Origin: a virus
Lineage: Duplodnaviria; Caudoviricetes
Virus record (IMG/VR): IMGVR_UViG_3300046010_009690
Location: 1-54,719 of that record
Length of the DNA stretch: 54,719 bases
Strand: one strand, 5' to 3'
Shown here one piece after another: positions 52,568-54,719 of the stretch. Numbering within the stretch: position 1 is the stretch's first letter; every line of letters begins with the position of its first letter. The translations under genes and the position numbers were made by a program. The notes under the pieces are model-generated. The model made no database searches and was not told the origin of the DNA. It worked only from the letters and a program-made list of their open reading frames with translations.

Positions 52568-54719
52568 ATGACTGTACCTTCTAACCTAATACCCTTCCGC
52601 ATCACCCAACTGCCGGTTGACCCGTCGCCCTCGGTCACGGGTATTTTGATGTATGTGCGGGACGGTGTGTCGTACCAAGTCACAGCTGATCAGATTGTCA
52701 GCGTAACCGGCGTGCCGTTGACCCGGCAGGTTAACGCGGGTACAGGATTGACCGGCGGCGGTGCGCTCTCGAGCAATGTGACGATCTCGGTGGCGGCGGG
52801 CGGTATCGGGACCACCCAGCTCGCCGCAACGGGAGTCACTCCGGGCGTCTATGGTGGTGCTACCGATATACCGGTATTGACTGTCGACGCCACGGGCCGC
52901 GTGACTGCCGCGACGACCTCCCCGTTCAGTATCACGGGGTTTGTGCCGACCACACGGCAAGTGATCGCTGGTGTCGGTCTCAACGGTGGCGGTCAGCTCA
53001 CCGGCAACGTAACACTCAACGCTAATCTGTCGAACGCTACTCCGGAATCAGTCGACACCACCGGCTCTTCCGGTGTAAGTAACGACATTTCGCGGGCAGA
53101 CCACAAACACCCGGCGATTGATCTCGCGGACGACGATCAAGTCGATGGGCTTCTTGGTCTTAGTAGCGGCGGCACGGCCAGGAGTATCGTCCCCGATGAG
53201 GGCGCGGTCGTTTGGAGTGGCGCGGACGGTCTTTATCTGACGGGAGTAGGTACTCCGGGGCAGGTGCTTTCGTCGAATGGCACCGGAGCCCCGACGTGGC
53301 TCACGATCACTGGTGCCGGTACGGTCACGAGTGTTGGTGGCTCGGGGGGCACGACGGGGTTAACGGTGTCTGGTGGCCCGATTACGGCTGCGGGCACGTT
53401 AACGCTTGGCGGTACGCTGGCGATCAGCGCGGGCGGTACGGGGCTGGGTGGGACGCCTACCAATGGTCAACTGCTGATTGGTAATGGTACCGATTATACG
53501 AAATCGGTTCTGACTGCGGGATCGAACGTAACGATCACCAACAGCACCGGGTCGATCACCATCGCAGCCACCGGCGACGTTGTGGGTCCAGCCGGAGCGA
53601 CGAGCGGCACTATCTCGCTGTTTGACGGCGGTACCGGCAAGCTGCTGAAGAACTCGGTCATAACAGTCAATGCATCCGGCGTTATTGGTAATGTTGATAC
53701 GCCAAATACCGGCACCGATGCTGCGAACAAGCAATACGTCGATAACATCGCTAGCACGGGTCTTCACTACCACGAAGCGGTGGTCCTGTCCACTTCACCG
53801 GGATCGTCGCGTACCGATACGTACAATCAGCCGGGTGGCGCAGGAGTCGGCGTTAGCGCCACGCTGACCGCGATCGCGAACGGTACGCTGGTCATCGACG
53901 GCACAGTAGCCTCGGCCACGATCCGCGTGCTGATTCAGGACTGCTCTAACCCGGTTGGCAATGGCGTGTATGTCGTCACCAATGCGGGTAGTGCGGGCGC
54001 TCAATACGTAATGACCCGCTCCTCAGACGCGGACACTTACATCGAGCAATCCGCGTTCGGGCTAGACTCAGGCAGTTACTTTTTCACGACCAGCGGTACC
54101 ACTAACAAGGGTGTTGCTTGGGTCAATAATAACAGCGGTGTAATTGACTTTGGGTCGACTGCGATCACATTCGCCGAGTTTAGCAGTTCCCAAGTTTACA
54201 CAGCTGGCAATGGCCTGAGTCTGACGGCGACGACGTTCTCGCTGGATACGCCAGTTAGCGTGCTCAATGGCGGTACCGGAAACTCGGCAGCACCCACGAA
54301 CGGCCAGCTTTTGATTGGCAACGGGTCTGGGTTTGCTCTTTCGGCGCTGACGGCGGGGACTGGGATTTCGATCACTGATGCCACTGGGTCGATCAGCATC
54401 GCTAACAGTGCTCCGGACCAAACAGTTATTATCTCGGGCAGTGGTATTGTTAGTGTCACTGGCACCTACCCGAGTTTCACGGTCGGTGCTGTTGAGAGCT
54501 TTAGCGGCACGGTCACCAGTGTTGATGCCTCGACTACGATTTCTGGCTTCGCTATAACTGGCGGTCCGATCACCGGATCGGGTATACTTACGCTTGCCGG
54601 AACTTTGGCTATCTCTAACGGCGGTACTGGCGCATCGACACAAGCGGATGCCAGAACAGCTTTGGGTTTGGGTACAATGGCGACCCAAGATGCGAACAGT
54701 GTTTCAATAACTGGCGGGT
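52568..54719 (+). CDS. Long tail fibre protein (3' truncated; absent from the ORF track)
   Basis: Begins MTVPSNLIPFRITQLP; the same frame reads LGLGTMATQDANSVSITGG at the window end; AGTGLTGGG, GGTG and GQLLIGNG fibre repeats. Confidence 0.85.
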   Translation, partial: MTVPSNLIPFRITQLPVDPSPSVTGILMYVRDGVSYQVTADQIVSVTGVPLTRQVNAGTGLTGGGALSSNVTISVAAGGIGTTQLAATGVTPGVYGGATDIPVLTVDATGRVTAATTSPFSITGFVPTTRQVIAGVGLNGGGQLTGNVTLNANLSNATPESVDTTGSSGVSNDISRADHKHPAIDLADDDQVDGLLGLSSGGTARSIVPDEGAVVWSGADGLYLTGVGTPGQVLSSNGTGAPTWLTITGAGTVTSVGGSGGTTGLTVSGGPITAAGTLTLGGTLAISAGGTGLGGTPTNGQLLIGNGTDYTKSVLTAGSNVTITNSTGSITIAATGDVVGPAGATSGTISLFDGGTGKLLKNSVITVNASGVIGNVDTPNTGTDAANKQYVDNIASTGLHYHEAVVLSTSPGSSRTDTYNQPGGAGVGVSATLTAIANGTLVIDGTVASATIRVLIQDCSNPVGNGVYVVTNAGSAGAQYVMTRSSDADTYIEQSAFGLDSGSYFFTTSGTTNKGVAWVNNNSGVIDFGSTAITFAEFSSSQVYTAGNGLSLTATTFSLDTPVSVLNGGTGNSAAPTNGQLLIGNGSGFALSALTAGTGISITDATGSISIANSAPDQTVIISGSGIVSVTGTYPSFTVGAVESFSGTVTSVDASTTISGFAITGGPITGSGILTLAGTLAISNGGTGASTQADARTALGLGTMATQDANSVSITGG

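Larger units (their letters stand above)
1..54719. mobile_element. Tailed dsDNA bacteriophage (podovirus-like, predicted Z-genome), near-complete and circularly permuted
   Basis: Terminase, portal, capsid, adaptor/nozzle, ejection, lysis and replication modules are all present; both ends lie in tail-fibre genes; no host housekeeping genes or integrase seen. Confidence 0.95.

Noticed and set aside
12414-53878. GCGATCGC (cyanobacterial HIP1) copies suggesting a cyanobacterial host
   Set aside because: Only a handful seen, explicable by general CGATCG/codon bias; no cyanophage marker genes
1-54719. Prophage features, tRNA genes or stop-codon reassignment
   Set aside because: No integrase, att-flanked host genes or cloverleaf noticed by eye (tRNAscan not run); genes tile densely under the standard code with TAA, TAG and TGA all used as stops

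Overview
The window is most of a ~55+ kb tailed dsDNA phage genome, opened inside the tail-fibre region: a LamG-type fibre gene enters at base 1 and another fibre gene runs off the 3' end. Morphogenesis looks podovirus-like: terminase, portal, GroES, scaffold, HK97-type capsid, adaptor, tail nozzle and several large DNA-ejection proteins, with no sheath, tail tube or tape measure seen. The replication block encodes an AEP primase, SNF2 and UvrD helicases, a putative SSB and a family-A polymerase. It is followed by an apparently complete 2-aminoadenine (Z-genome) pathway: PurZ with the diagnostic GSTGKG, MazZ, a DUF5664-type hydrolase and DatZ. Three glycosyltransferases and a SAM methyltransferase sit translationally coupled inside that Z operon. 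Unexplained structure includes: two homologous ~300-460 bp TGTAGC/GCTACA iteron elements in inverted orientation bracketing the 19-kb replication/early module; a shared xxxGG peptide tag in five head/ejection-region proteins; TonB-box-like repeats in an ejection protein; AT-rich LamG cassettes bounded by conserved 23-nt junctions; and a repeated early promoter/leader cassette. All family assignments come from motif recognition by eye, with no database search. No integrase, tRNA, CRISPR array or reverse transcriptase was seen.
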